Shown one piece after another: positions 27,196 to 39,858 of a DNA stretch of 64,000 bases. The notes beneath the pieces were generated by a model. It made no database searches, was not told the origin of the DNA, and saw nothing but the letters and a program-made list of their open reading frames with translations. How positions within the stretch are numbered: position 1 is the first letter of the stretch; the number at the start of each line of letters is the position of its first letter. Source of the DNA: Camelus ferus (Eukaryota); assembly GCF_009834535.1 (NCBI RefSeq), contig NC_045696.1, positions 25,732,001-25,796,000 of the forward strand. The letters are read 5' to 3'. Position numbers and translations under genes: made by a program.

Positions 27196-27198
<3 letters not shown>

Positions 27199-27619
27199 AA
27201 TTAAAAACTAAGCAAGAATTTTTTTTAATCTTCTTATGAAGTAGAATCTGCATTCCCCACTTTTTTATTGAAAAGCTAAATATAATGTAAGAGTAAATTA
27301 ATAGATCCCTCATCTTCATTATCTGCAAATAAAATACTAGAGAAAAATATCAGATTAAAAGAGAAAACCATGGGAATTAGAGGGCATCTCCTTAATCTGC
27401 TATTGAACACAAGGGATTTATTTTTACTTGAAATTTATGAAATGCTGAGCTCTGTGTTTTGCAAAATGGACACATACTTTCTTGAAATATTTTTTATTTT
27501 AATACGTCTTCACTTTCAAAAATAATTGTGTTGGCCTATTGGGTTTCAGCGCTGATGGTGAAGAAAAGTGTGTGGTGGTGACGGTAGCAGTGGTTGTTTT
27601 GCAACAGTAACTGTTTTCT

Positions 27620-28240
27620 TGGGACTTTGTGAGAGACCCAAACTTCCTAACTTGTTTTCCCTTCATTCTCATTCCCTTCTGAGCATTTTCAAATTTGTTG
27701 CCAGACATCTTTCTAAAATACAAATATGATCATGCAACTCATTATCTTAATTAAAATCTAGACAGCTTCTCATTGCTTTCAGCATAAAATGAGTATTTTT
27801 TTTAGCTATGCTTACAAGACTCTTCATAATCTGACCCCAGTCTACCTCTTTAGTTTTATAACTGAATCTTTTAATCCTGCCATAAAAAACAATTTAGGAG
27901 TCCTTAAAAAATGCCATGTGTTGTCAAGTTACTTATCCCCATGCCTAAAATGTCTTCATCCCTTATTTTTTCTGCTTTATTCTATTTCTTAAGACTCACC
28001 TCATTCTTCCACTTATTTTGAAATTTTCCTTTGTGGTCCCAACCTCTACTAGGTCCTTATTCTCAGGATCCCCATAATACCCCATAGATACTTATGGTAT
28101 ACCAGTAGCAGCACTACTCTTCTGCCTCATTGTAAGTCTTAAGCTCAGGGAAAACAGGACTTTTACATTTATATTTATCACAGTGTCAACATATGGCAGC
28201 AACTCAGTAAGTAGCTTTTTCAAAAAGAATTTACTGACTA
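27620..28240 (+). mobile_element. L2 3' region
   Basis: TCTTTCTAAAATACAAATATGATCATG...TTCATAATCTGACCCCAGTCTACCTCTT. Confidence 0.75.
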
Positions 28241-30310
28241 TCTCATAAGTGATGAGGAGTCAAATTTCATATCTAAAGCAAAATCGCAGAGGATCTACTG
28301 AGCCAGATGAGGAAGCATCATTTTTAATATGTTAGTTAGCAAAGAATTACTGATTCTGGAAGATTAAGAAAATGTATTTAAGCTGTTATGATAGTTCAGA
28401 TGTGGGATAAGGAAGACACACATTTTTGTGGAGTTAATGTTGATGAAGCACTGAGTGATATGTTTTATACAGGGCTTGCTAACCCCAAGATTCCTTTTCT
28501 AGAAGATATAAAGCATGATGGCAGTGCTGTTGGAAATAGAGTGATGAGGAAGAGAGCCATCTGTCTCATGGAGGGTGATGAGATTTTGGAAAAATCATCT
28601 TTAGATAGAGGTCATTGGTAAGTCAGAAAAATCTATAAGCAAATAAAAGTAAAAGCTCATTGTAAAAATGAGGTCCTGAGGCCCAAATTCTGAAAATAGG
28701 CATCTGTTGCATTAAATTGGGGGAGTTGATCCCATAAGCACTGGACATCCAGTTTGTCTGAGAGCAAAAAGAGAGTTAGAAAGTGGGAACTGTGCCAGAA
28801 TAGAGAGACCAGAGATGCTGACCAGAGGATGTACGACTTTCAAGAGAGGAATGGTCAATATCATCAACACAGGTGCTCCAATCCTAGTTTGTGCAACAGC
28901 ACCTTCTGATGATTCATGTCTCTCGAGAGCTCTCTTCCTTCTCTCCTATTTCAGTCTCTTCCTCTTGCTTGATACCTTTTAGCTTATCCATCTCTGTCCT
29001 TCTGTCTGCCTTCCTGGCCCTGCCTTTTACTTTACATGTTCCCAGAGAGCCCCACCAGGGGTGTCCATGCGGATGTGGTGAGACCACATGGGGAAAGCAG
29101 AAAGATTTCCCATAAGTGAATTGAAACTTCCTCAGCCACAACCTCTGACATTTTTTCCCACCCTGCCACCGGTGGCCACACATCTCTCTATTCTGTTGGA
29201 TAGCATCTGGCAGTTAACCATTCACTGTCCAGCAAAGTCATGATCCCCCCAGACCACTTCCCTTGTTCACGGTATGGCCTTGCTGTTCAAAATTTAGTGT
29301 GACGCATCGAAACACTATGGAAACCTGATGTGGCAAGTCTACATCTCATCACCACTGACGTATCTGGGCATGACTGCTGTTCATTGTTTTTTGTTGCTTT
29401 TGTTATATTCAGTAACAAATGATATTTCATGATTCCCAAAAGAGTTGCTTGGCTTTGTGTAGTGATTTGGATTATAAATTTCATTTCATATAAATGATTT
29501 AGTACAGTCCTTAAACAAGTCTTTGATCTGAGGAAAATTATCCTTATTTTACAAAGGAAGTGATCAAGATTCAGAATGGCTGAGTGATTTGTTCAGAGAC
29601 ACTGCATAGACGTGGCAGAATTGACATGTGACTGGAACTATTCCCACTACACCATATGATGGCTTTCAGTATATTCATGGTTCTCCTGATAGCGATAATT
29701 TCATGGAGCATGTTCCTTCCTCAAAGGCTTTTCATTTCAATTTTTCACAACACGTATACTGTATCAGTAGGGCTGTTTTGCAAATAAGAAAATAAAGATA
29801 TCATAATTTTAAAGAAGACAAATTCTGTCAATAAACTCCTGTCAGAGCCAATACTAGGAGCCAAGCTTCAGGATAATTATCCCCATTCTGTTTAATGGTG
29901 GATGCTGTCCTCTGGGTCCTTGTTGGTTGTTTCTTTTCTTTGTCCTCAGAAGATACTTAAGAGTGCATTACTTTCTTTGTTTTCTTTGTTTTATACTACT
30001 TCTTCTAAACCATGAGCAAATTTGCATCCCTGTGCTCCAGACTAATCCTGCCGCATAACCTGCTGATTTTCTTACAACTTGGCCCGTTAGTTTTCCATCT
30101 TCCTTCTGCATTTTTTTAACAGTCCACCTACTGAGCTCTTCAGTACATAGGGTAAATCACACTTGTCTCTTCTAATAAGGAACAAACAAAAAACCCCTTT
30201 GTCCTCAGTTTGTTCTCAGAGTCTCTCACCTTTAATTCATAGACGAATGATACGCCCTTTCTCTCCATTTCCTCATCCACACTTCACTTCTTAAAAACTG
30301 TACTTTATTT

Positions 30311-30336
30311 TGTGTGTGTGTGTGTGTGTCTGTGTG
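30311..30336. repeat. (TG)n microsatellite with one interruption
   Basis: Read directly from the sequence. Confidence 0.95.
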
Positions 30337-30599
30337 TTAAAAGGAAGGCATGAACTTTCTTTTCAGCCCATCTTATCTGTATCAAACTTTGACTCACCAT
30401 TTAACTAATGAGGTTTCTTCTGAGTCACTGGTGACCTCCAATATTTCAAATCCAGTCAATTCTATCCCCTCTCTTCTCTGAATGTTCGTAATAGCTAAAA
30501 ACTTCATCATTTTGAACTCCTCAGCCTTTCTCTGCCAAGATATCATTCTGAGTTTCTTTACAACCCCATGAACTTCTCTATCTATTCTTTAAAAGTAGG

Positions 30600-30830
30600 G
30601 TAGAATAGTAAAGAGCAAAAGGACTGGAACCAGGCCACTGGACACCACCACTGACAGTGTGTCAACTTACCTAACTTCTTTGTGCCTGTTTCCTATAAAG
30701 TAGAGATAGTAACAGTACCTGTCTTATGAGTTAGACAGCACCTTAGAGGATTGTTTTGTGGATTCAAAGTGTTAATACATGTAAAGCACTTACAACAATA
30801 GCTGGCATGTTATACTGGCTTAGTAAATTA
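30600..30830 (+). mobile_element. MIR SINE
   Basis: TGTGCCTGTTTCCT...GATAGTAACAGTACCT...ATGTAAAGCACTTACAACA. Confidence 0.8.
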
Positions 30831-31296
30831 TTCTGTCACTGCTGTCACCACCACCACTACCCTTACTCCTCTTCCTCTTGCTCCTCCTCTATTCTTTCAC
30901 CCGCAGTCTGGATATTGATACTCCCTACAGTTCTTTTCTCAGCTCTCCTGTCTCCTCTGAGTCCTCTTAAAGGGCCATCTTATTTATCAAGTCTTCACAA
31001 CACCACGTATATTTTTATGCCTCTCACATCTCTATACCCAACTGCTCACCTGAATTCCAGGCCATACTCCACCACCTACTATACTATCCAACTATACGTA
31101 ACTATGTATAACTATGTATAGTTACTAAACAACTTTTTTCGATGTCACACTGGTATTTCAAAGTCAAAATTTCTAAACCTAATGTCAGTATCTTCTCTCA
31201 CTACATGATTTTTTTAATTGACTTCTTATTAAAGTCAGTACTCTTCCAAGCCAGAAATCTCAGCTTACTTTATCCAGTGCCTCCACTTCTGATTCC

Positions 31297-31690
31297 TGTA
31301 TCATTCAAAAGAGACTTTACTCGAAGTACAGAGACCTCAAGAAGGAATGGTTAAAATATGATCATTTATTTTGTTTTATTTATATCCTCAGTTACTCAGG
31401 CTCTTCCTAAAATGGAGACCTCAAGAGAGCAGACAGAATTCCAGCAATCATGCCTGTAGTTCTGGCAGCAGTTAAAAGGAAGACTTTTTTTTTTTTTTAA
31501 GGAGCATGCCCTTCATCTTATAGATAGGAATTATTCTCTAAATCTGCTACACAATATAATTTTCCTTACATCCCATTACCCAGAACTTAGTCATATGGTT
31601 ACATGTAAACACAAAGAAGGCTGGGACACGGTGTCTTTATTCTGGATGGCCTGGTTCTCATCTAAAATTCAATATAGAAGAAGAGAATAA
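31297..31690 (-). mobile_element. Old MLT1 (MaLR) LTR, J/K/L-like
   Basis: CATCCCATTACCCAGAACTTAGTCATATGG...AAGAAGGCTGGGA. Confidence 0.75.
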
Positions 31691-31694
31691 TATT

Positions 31695-31890
31695 TTTATT
31701 TTTTTAATTTAAGCTTTATAAGAAAGTATAACTTACATATAAAATAATAATAAATTTAAAGTGTACATCATGGTGATATGTCTACATGGTGAAGAGATCT
31801 CCTATCTAATTGATTAACCAAATCCATCACTTCACATATTTATTTGGTGATTTGATGAGTGTTCTTTAATATCTACTATTATTTATATAA
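31695..31890 (-). mobile_element. L1MA-type 3' terminal fragment
   Basis: T-rich start, ATTTAAAGTGTACATCATG, and ATTAACCAAATCCATCACTTCACATA. Confidence 0.7.
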
Positions 31891-34039
31891 GTTATAACTT
31901 CAACAATTTCCCATCTTTTTCTTCTTCTCTATTGTCATTGCCACTGCCCTAGTTTAATGTCATCATTCCATAAAAGCAAATGCTATGAATCTTGTTTCCA
32001 TATTTCTGATAAAGTCAGCTTTCTAGAACACAAATCTGATCATTTAACCTCCTGGCTCAAAATCTTTCCTTAACTGTCCAATAGTATAACATCTGCTTAT
32101 TTGTTAAAAAAGGCAAAAATTGTATTCTGTAATGGAGATCAACCTAGTTATATAAAGTTAGCTTCTAGTAGTCTTTCTACCTTGTCTTCCAGACACACAA
32201 AATTATTTGCAGTCCCTTGAATCTGCTGCTCATCTATCTGTCTTTGTGGGTTTGTGCATGTTGTTTCTTTTGCATGCAATATTTTCCCTCTACTCTTAGT
32301 CTGATGAATGTCTGTATGTCCTTCAAGACCCAACTTAGATATTACTCTCCTATTAATTTTTAAAATCAAGTTGAGTTTCCTACTTGCACTTTCATACCCT
32401 TAATAAATCTATATCTTGTATACTTTTTACATTCTAGTGTAGAATTTACTCTGTTGTCCAATAAGTAGAATTTTATATATGTCTTCCTTCTTAGGCTATG
32501 AGTGCTGTGGGACATAGTTTATCTGTCTACCTCTGATACTGATGCATAAGTATAGGTACTCAATAAAGGTTTGATGAGTTACTAAATAAATGAAATTCAG
32601 TATTTTAGTATATTTAATAATTACTATAAGAATACATGTCAAGACTATAAAGACAATAACCACTTCCACCAATCAACTTTGCAAACAATAAAAGCACTAA
32701 ACTTTATAAACTATTTAAATCTACATTTAAAGTATAGGAGTTAAATTACCTTTTACTAAATAACTGTCTTTTGTTGATGTTAAACACGATTTTTGTTCCT
32801 TAAATAAAAATGATAGTGATAAGACTTGAGGAATTCCACTGTCATGAAATGTAAATTTTTCTAGTAGAATAGAGTGCAGTGTTTCCAGGTGAGTGTTCAT
32901 GTCCCAGGAGCTTGTGTTCTGTGGTGCAGTAATCCACTACATATCATTCTACTGAGTTGAACAAAGTCCTTCTCCAGAACAGGCTTTCTTATTTAATAGG
33001 ATCTGGGCCATAGATTTAAAAAATTATAAATACTTAAGACATATCTGGCAACTCTGTCATTCACAGTATGTTTCATTTAATATATTTCTGTTTTTTTCAG
33101 CTTACAAATCTGATTGTTGTTTTATAATATTGGAAATATTTCCTTGATTTATATTTTCAGTAAACTAGTCCTTGCTATATAAAAGAAAGTAGATTGAATA
33201 CTTTTTCACTTCAATCATTTTGTTCCAGAATATCAGTAAAGGTACCAAACTTCCTTCACTTTATCTTGATGAATAGGAAAATTATTTCACAGACATCACA
33301 GACATAATTATTTCATAATTATGAAAATCTCTTAGTCTCTGCATTTCATATCTCATGTTCATTTTTTTCCCATCCATTATGTCTCTAAGGTAGAATTGTC
33401 AGAAACTCAAGTTGTATCATAGCATTTCTTACTCCCAGCATATGCCTTTATTTTGACATTCATCAAAAACTTTGTCACTGTACGTCTGTAAGTACATGCA
33501 AGTCTTTAGGTATGGGCGTCAATTTGCTATAAATAAAGAGAAGCAGTTTATCTACACCTTGATATCAATTTGTATTTAAGTTTGACATCTGCAGCCAAAA
33601 AATAATGTTTTGTTGCCTAATAATTAGTTGAATAGGTTATCAAATGGTGTGTATATGTGGGAATATAAACAACGAAAAAAATTTTAATGATCTAAATTCA
33701 GAAAAACTACTTTCCATCTGAATTGTAAAAGTGACCTAAGAGTAGACTTACACTAAAATAACTAAAGGTGGCAACTGACACAACATGGAAATGGTCTTTG
33801 CAGTTTTTTGAAGGTCAAGACAAATTTCAATAATGCACAGTATAATACTTGTCTAAGTAAAAAATTTAGCATGGCTAAATTGAAAGCGCTGTTAGAATGA
33901 CAGAAAATCAGAATTTAAATTATTGAGCAATGGAGCTGTCATTAAAAATGTCAAGTTGAATTTTATTTTCCCTAGGGACATCTCACAGACTGTTCTATTT
34001 CCACCTTGTGCTTTTTCTTTTATTTTCCTTTCTTTTTTA

Positions 34040-34345
34040 ATATATCCAAAAATATAGGCAAGCATATCATCTACACCATTGTTTGTGATTTTATTTTCTA
34101 TTACATTATGTTTTGGTTCAATAATTTTGTATAATACAATAAAAATGAATTACTAGAAAATTAAAAGACAAAATCATACAAATTAAAACCACCAATTCTT
34201 AAAATGACGATTAGAATCAATAACATCATATAGCTGTCAATTTGCTATCAATGCTTACTTTTAAGTTCTGTACTTAACACGCTATGGACTGGTGAGCACT
34301 TTGTAAACCAGCACTGGTCCAAGGACCACACTTTGAGCAGCACTG
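34040..34345. mobile_element. hAT-Charlie DNA transposon fragment
   Basis: Terminus GGTCCAAGGACCACACTTTGAGCAGCACTG. The left boundary is uncertain. Confidence 0.7.
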
Positions 34346-37300
34346 CTTTACACTATCACTAGGGCAGGACACATACTCTTTGGCACAGTCAGTGTGCCAA
34401 ATTGACTCTGAGTCAGTCTTCTGTGTTCTACCACAGTCTAGGTTGTTTAAGAGTGTAGATCTTCTCTCCAAGCTCATGACCAGATTTGTTACATTTTTCA
34501 CCATGTTACTCCAGATTACCAAAGTGGGGTCACTGATTTTTTTTTTCGCTGATATTGATCAACCTGGCCCATGGTAGGTAAATAAAATTTTAATTAGAGA
34601 TATTGAGTGAAATTTTAAAAGCTATGAGGAATATTCTGCTATATACCCACAAAGATTATCTTAAAAGGGCTGATCTAACTCATTCCTCTTCAAGTGCTGT
34701 ATTACATTTTGAATTAAGAGTCATTTTATTCTTGCAGGTAGAATTTTAGGATCAATTATAGCTAACTTGTATTTTAGTAGGTACTTCAGCATGATTATAT
34801 TAATTTAAACGTAAAAAACGGGCTACTTATGCAAGAGTTGAAGTATGAAAGAGCTTCTCAATAGGCTCCTTATTTTAAGCCTTACCAGTCAAATTACAGT
34901 GTAATTGCTTTTATTTGATCTTTTCCTATCTAAAAACTGCCTTGGGGGTGCATATTTCACTCCATTTACTTTGATCAAAGAAAGAGAAGTCCATGAGTTT
35001 TTCAAAGAACTTCCAGATTTGAAGTAGTAAAGGATATTCTATGCATTTTACTTTTCCATATGGACAAGTAATTTAAACTGCTTAAAAAAAAAAAAAGGAA
35101 GGAAGGAAGGGGAAAAAAAAAAAGAAAAGCATGTACATAGTGCTCAGGTTTGCAATAAAATTATTTAATTTTATATTTTGAAGATAAAACATCATATTAA
35201 GAAGAACACTATTTATACTCGCCATGTCTGTTATTATGAACTACATAAAGTTTTTGCCTTAAGCCTTACTATGTTTAAATATTAATTTGTACTTAATGTT
35301 TTTACTCCAAGTTGATGATGACGGTCATCATGATGATGGTGATTTTTGAATGTTGTGGTTGCAAAACTTGAATTATATGCCAAGAAGTTGGTTTTATTAA
35401 TTTGCATTAAATCAAAATCAATCCCTTTGGATACTAATAATGATAAATTTAATGCTAGTCTAGACTCCAAATTTAGAGAAATACCTGTGATTGTCTTTGG
35501 TAGTCATTCTATATTTCCTCTTTAAATTTAATTCTCAAATATTATTTTAAGTTTTTAAAACCTTAAACCAGTATTTGTGCTATAAATTTTTCTGCTGTAA
35601 ATCTGGCAGTTATTTAACTTTAGTATTTTATTTTATTTTTGGCAAATAAGAATCAAATGAAAAATGAGGATGACTGTTTAAACATAATCAGGTTGGATAA
35701 CAGAAAAGTAGGATAATTTTCATAATCCACACTAGCTGTAAGTAGACACACCTGCACATCTCAACTGCTACTTCCCAGTGCCCTGGGAGTTTCTCAAGGG
35801 CCTGATCTTACTCATTTAATGAACTATATGTTAATTGTTCAGCCATTTCTAGTGACTTACCAACATAAAGTGACTAAGTGACTTGGAATATATAATGAGT
35901 TGTCTCACAACCAGATAGTAGCTACATTTTAACTGAAAAGCATGACCATCACTTGTTTTTAAAGAAAGGAGGAGGGCATTGGTTCAATTCAACAGACATT
36001 TATTAAGTGTTTATATGCTGGAGAGCATTAACCTAGCCTAGATTACTATTATTTTGTAAGGCAGGAGGAAGTGCTATATAATGTACTATTGGCTTGACCT
36101 TTGTTCTCCAGGGAAGTCTTGTTCAGTGAAAAACTTGTCATTTAGGCTGTCATAAGGCATCCATTTCTTATTTTAGTAAGAGATCTAGGTTAATCAGGCA
36201 TTCATACATTATGTGGACACCATTCCCACTCTAGTGCTGTTGGCACATGCAGGCTCAGGGATCATCTTTAGGATGACAGCATTTTATGAGAGGTTTATGT
36301 AGATTGTGGGATGTTGTGCATTCATTTTTGCTTATTTTGCTTTGTTTGTTTTTGTTTTAGCTTGGATGTAAGAAAAATTTAGCCCCTAGAAATTTATAGA
36401 CTTTTAAAGGCCACTATGATTGAAGCTCAAATTGTGAGGGCACTTTTATTCAACCCTGCTATAAACAAGATAGGAAGACAAACAAGATGGACTTGAGTAT
36501 CCATCTTCTTTCTTTTCATAGAAAATATTAGCATCAATTTCTAATGAAATGCATTAGCAGTTTCATTCTTGTATTTAAACTGCTTCAAATTAGAAAGGAA
36601 TTCTAAAAATAAAAGAAAACTTTATTTTGGAAAAAAACACTTGCCAATTCTGTCATGGAAAATGCTTACATTTTATTGGTTAAATTTAACTCATTGCATG
36701 AGAAAGGGAAAGGAAAAAGTGCTTCCAAGAAGTGAGAATGTTGTTTTCTCCGTAGTGTTTTGGATATCACAACAAGGCTTCCAGTAATACTTGAAGCAGA
36801 TAACCAAAATATCAGGTATATATTTCATGCCAGGGACTCCACTTGACATACTCTCCCTTTGTCACCACCCAAAGGTTTATTCGTCCTCATGGTGTTAGAT
36901 GTTTGGCAATATTGTCCCCTCCCCTGACATACAAATGAATTTTCTTCATTATAAATCATCATATGGCATATGTTCAGCCCCACTTTAGGACTGTCCTACA
37001 CAGATAATACTGTTTTTATAGGCAGTGGGTATAAATACAGATATAACCAATTTTTGACATGGTAAAACAAATGCATACATTTATCAATTTTGTAAGTTAT
37101 AATTATGTTTTTTATTCAACACGGATTCTTTCTGTCAACCCTCTAATTTCTGAATCTTTGCTTTTCCTAAACATTTATGGTTCTTCTTGAGTTTCAGATT
37201 ATAAGTTTATAATCTGTCTACCCAACGACTGTGTTCTTCTGAATAATGTTTTTTCCTATCTTCCACTTTGTTCACTGTTTAGCATGTTTGTCTTGGTTCA

Positions 37301-37984
37301 CTGCTCCTTAATGAACAAAGCTTGCCACAAATTCTCTCCTTGGAAATGGAGATTTCCCTCGATGTACATATTAGTTATATTCATCAATAGATTAAAACTT
37401 AGCGGTATCTCTTAAGACAATACATGACTTTCATTTTTTTTAAAGTAGGACAAATTACTCTGGCAATTTTCTGATAGCAGTTTAACAGAGTATATCCAGA
37501 CAGTTATCAGATGGCACTCCAAGTTGCCTCTGTTGTTTAAATCACTAAGTAACTTGCATATAAAAATTCCAGCTAAAAAATTCAGCAAGAAATCACTGGA
37601 ACCAGATTCTGTTTTACAACAATAAATGGAGTAACAATGGTGACAATACAGGAATAAAAGGAAAGTATCCAGATAGCCTTTAAATGTCATATTATCCACA
37701 TGAAACATCTAAAAATCACCCATCACTTTTGCAATAAAGAGTAATAGGAACTAAAAAAGCCTTTCAGAAGAATGGCATGTATTGTGCTAATGTGTATTTC
37801 TTTTCTTACTTGCATCACTAAATAATATTAGGAATAATTATCTTTATTAGTAATATTATAAGATTGTGTGAAACTTTCCATTCTAACCAGAATATTTTAG
37901 TTCAGGATAGATAGATAAATACGCCTAAAAAAGGAAGTAGGAGAAAAGAGATACTTATTCTGTATAAGAGCTTTTTTTCTTCCA

Positions 37985-38140
37985 CAGTGCTTTACGTTCC
38001 TTAACTTATTTAATCCACTCCAAGTCCTAAGAAATAAAAGTCATTATGCTGTTTTTATAGGTGAAGAAACTGAGGCACAGAGAGCTCATGTACCTTGCTG
38101 AGTGACTTAATTGATAGGATTGAAAACCAACTATTCTTAA
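37985..38140 (-). mobile_element. MIR SINE
   Basis: TTTTATAGGTGAAGAAACTGAGGCACAGAGAG. Confidence 0.85.
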
Positions 38141-39667
38141 CTGTGATGTACACTGGCTCTCCATTAATGGAACCATAGATCTGAACAGTTGCCATGCTAT
38201 TAACTTAAATAATTTTTTTTTGCAACAAATAAATGTCTGTAGCATTTGGGGAATATTTTATGTGGCTAGTAGATATTGACCTTTTTTAATGTTACAAATT
38301 TTATCATTGAAACTGAGACTATCAGAGTTAGAAGAATCCTTAAAAATAATCTATTCCATTGCCTTCATTCCTATCAAAAAATAATCACGTCATAATCAAC
38401 TTTGTCTTTTGCTAGGGTGATTTATATCTACTGACCATATGCTCAGTGCAAAGAAATGCAAAGAATTGCAATGAAAGTTTAGTGGATTGGTTTCTGTTTG
38501 ATTGGTTCTAATTTAGAGGTGTCCTTTGACAATTTTTATTCTGTTTCTTCCACTCAGTCTCTCAGTCTTCAGCAATGCCAAATAATTATGACACACCTAA
38601 GATTTCCTCCTAACTGATTTTTTAAACTCTCAAAGACATTAAAAATCCCACAAGTACTACATAATCCACTCAATCTCCTAGGACTTTTTAGATTAGGGCA
38701 AACCTGAGAAGAACTTCAACATATACTTAGATTAGGGTATTGGTTTCCTGATCCCCAGTATGGAGAAATGTGGTCTGATGGCCTCCAGCGTCCCCAAGCA
38801 GTATGGGTTTCTGTTAAAATTTCCACGTTTCTGCAGCTTTGGCAATGCTATATGTTGGATAAATATTTAGCTTGTTGTAATGTTCCCAGAAACAAACTCA
38901 GAGGTGATTTAGCCTTCTAGTACGGAATGATTATGGGCAAAAGTGTTTCTAAAAAGTACCTATAAGCTATTATCTACAAAAAAAGTATTTAAAAATTTTA
39001 GAGATATTTAGAGACATATATGTTTAATGATATTATCAAATACATATACACCAGTATATGTTTAGCAAGAAAAAAGATTTTAAGGGTGTTACTGATGGTT
39101 GTGACAGGTACTAATGAATACAATTATAAGGAAAAGAGATGTTAATTTAAACACAAATGATAAGTTTATTGATATTTTTCCATTGAAATTCTTTGAAACT
39201 GAGCAAATGCAGGGAGTATGTGCAAACCGAGCAGTGAGCAGTATATTAAATGGATAATGTCACCAAACTAGTGGCAAACACCACCTTCCTATCCTAGTTT
39301 AGACAGAAACTTGTCTCTAAGCCTAAAAGATGATAGGAAATAAGAGAGAAAACTGTTTGTATACCTAGCAAGACATAGTAGAGAAATAAACAAACAAAAA
39401 GATTAAACATATTCCTTAAATAACATAGTATGCTTATGAAAAATCTAAAATCATGCATTGATTTGGCAACACAGAGTAGGAGGAATTCCAAAAGTCTTTG
39501 TCAGAGGAATAGCTGTGTTGTGCTACTGTGTAGTTCTTCTCTTTGATGCATCACTGAATAATATTATTTCCATGCCAGTAATACTACAACTGTGTAATAG
39601 CAGCAATAGTGTACAAATGACTGACCTCTTTGGCTACATCTCCACCAAAAGTAAATTTTTAAACTTA

Positions 39668-39858
39668 CAGTTATTCACAAACCTGACTTCCATCAGAATT
39701 ACCTGGGAGCATTTTTTAAATTATAAATTTACACCCCACCTCTAGGTCTAATGCAACAAACATGATATGAACCTGAGGAATTTCTATTTTTATAAGTTCT
39801 TCCAAATGATTCCCCTATTGAACAGCCAAGCAATAGACCACGTATTTAAAAACACGTG
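39668..39858. mobile_element. MER5B-like hAT-Charlie element
   Basis: CATCAGAATTACCTGGGAGC...TATTTTTATAAGTTCTTCCAAATGATTC. Confidence 0.65.

Larger units (their letters stand above)
30000..32595 (+). mobile_element. Long L2 LINE remnant with nested MIR, MLT1 and L1
   Basis: GTCACTGGTGACCTCCAA...CAAATCCA (ORF2 region), TTTCTAGAACACAAATCTGATCAT, TCCTTCAAGACCCAACT, and tail TAGGTACTCAATAAAGGTTTGATGAGT. Confidence 0.75.

Noticed and set aside
26944..27328. ORFs with (YI)n repeats
   Set aside because: They are a translation artefact of the (TA)25 microsatellite.
30756..31121. 121-aa ORF with His/Ser runs
   Set aside because: It spans a MIR tail, simple repeats and L2 sequence, with no coding signal.
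33863..33881. Inverted repeat AATTTAGC-ATG-GCTAAATT (similar 8-bp hairpin near 36484-36507)
   Set aside because: The arms are short, AT-rich and isolated, so they are not distinguishable from chance.
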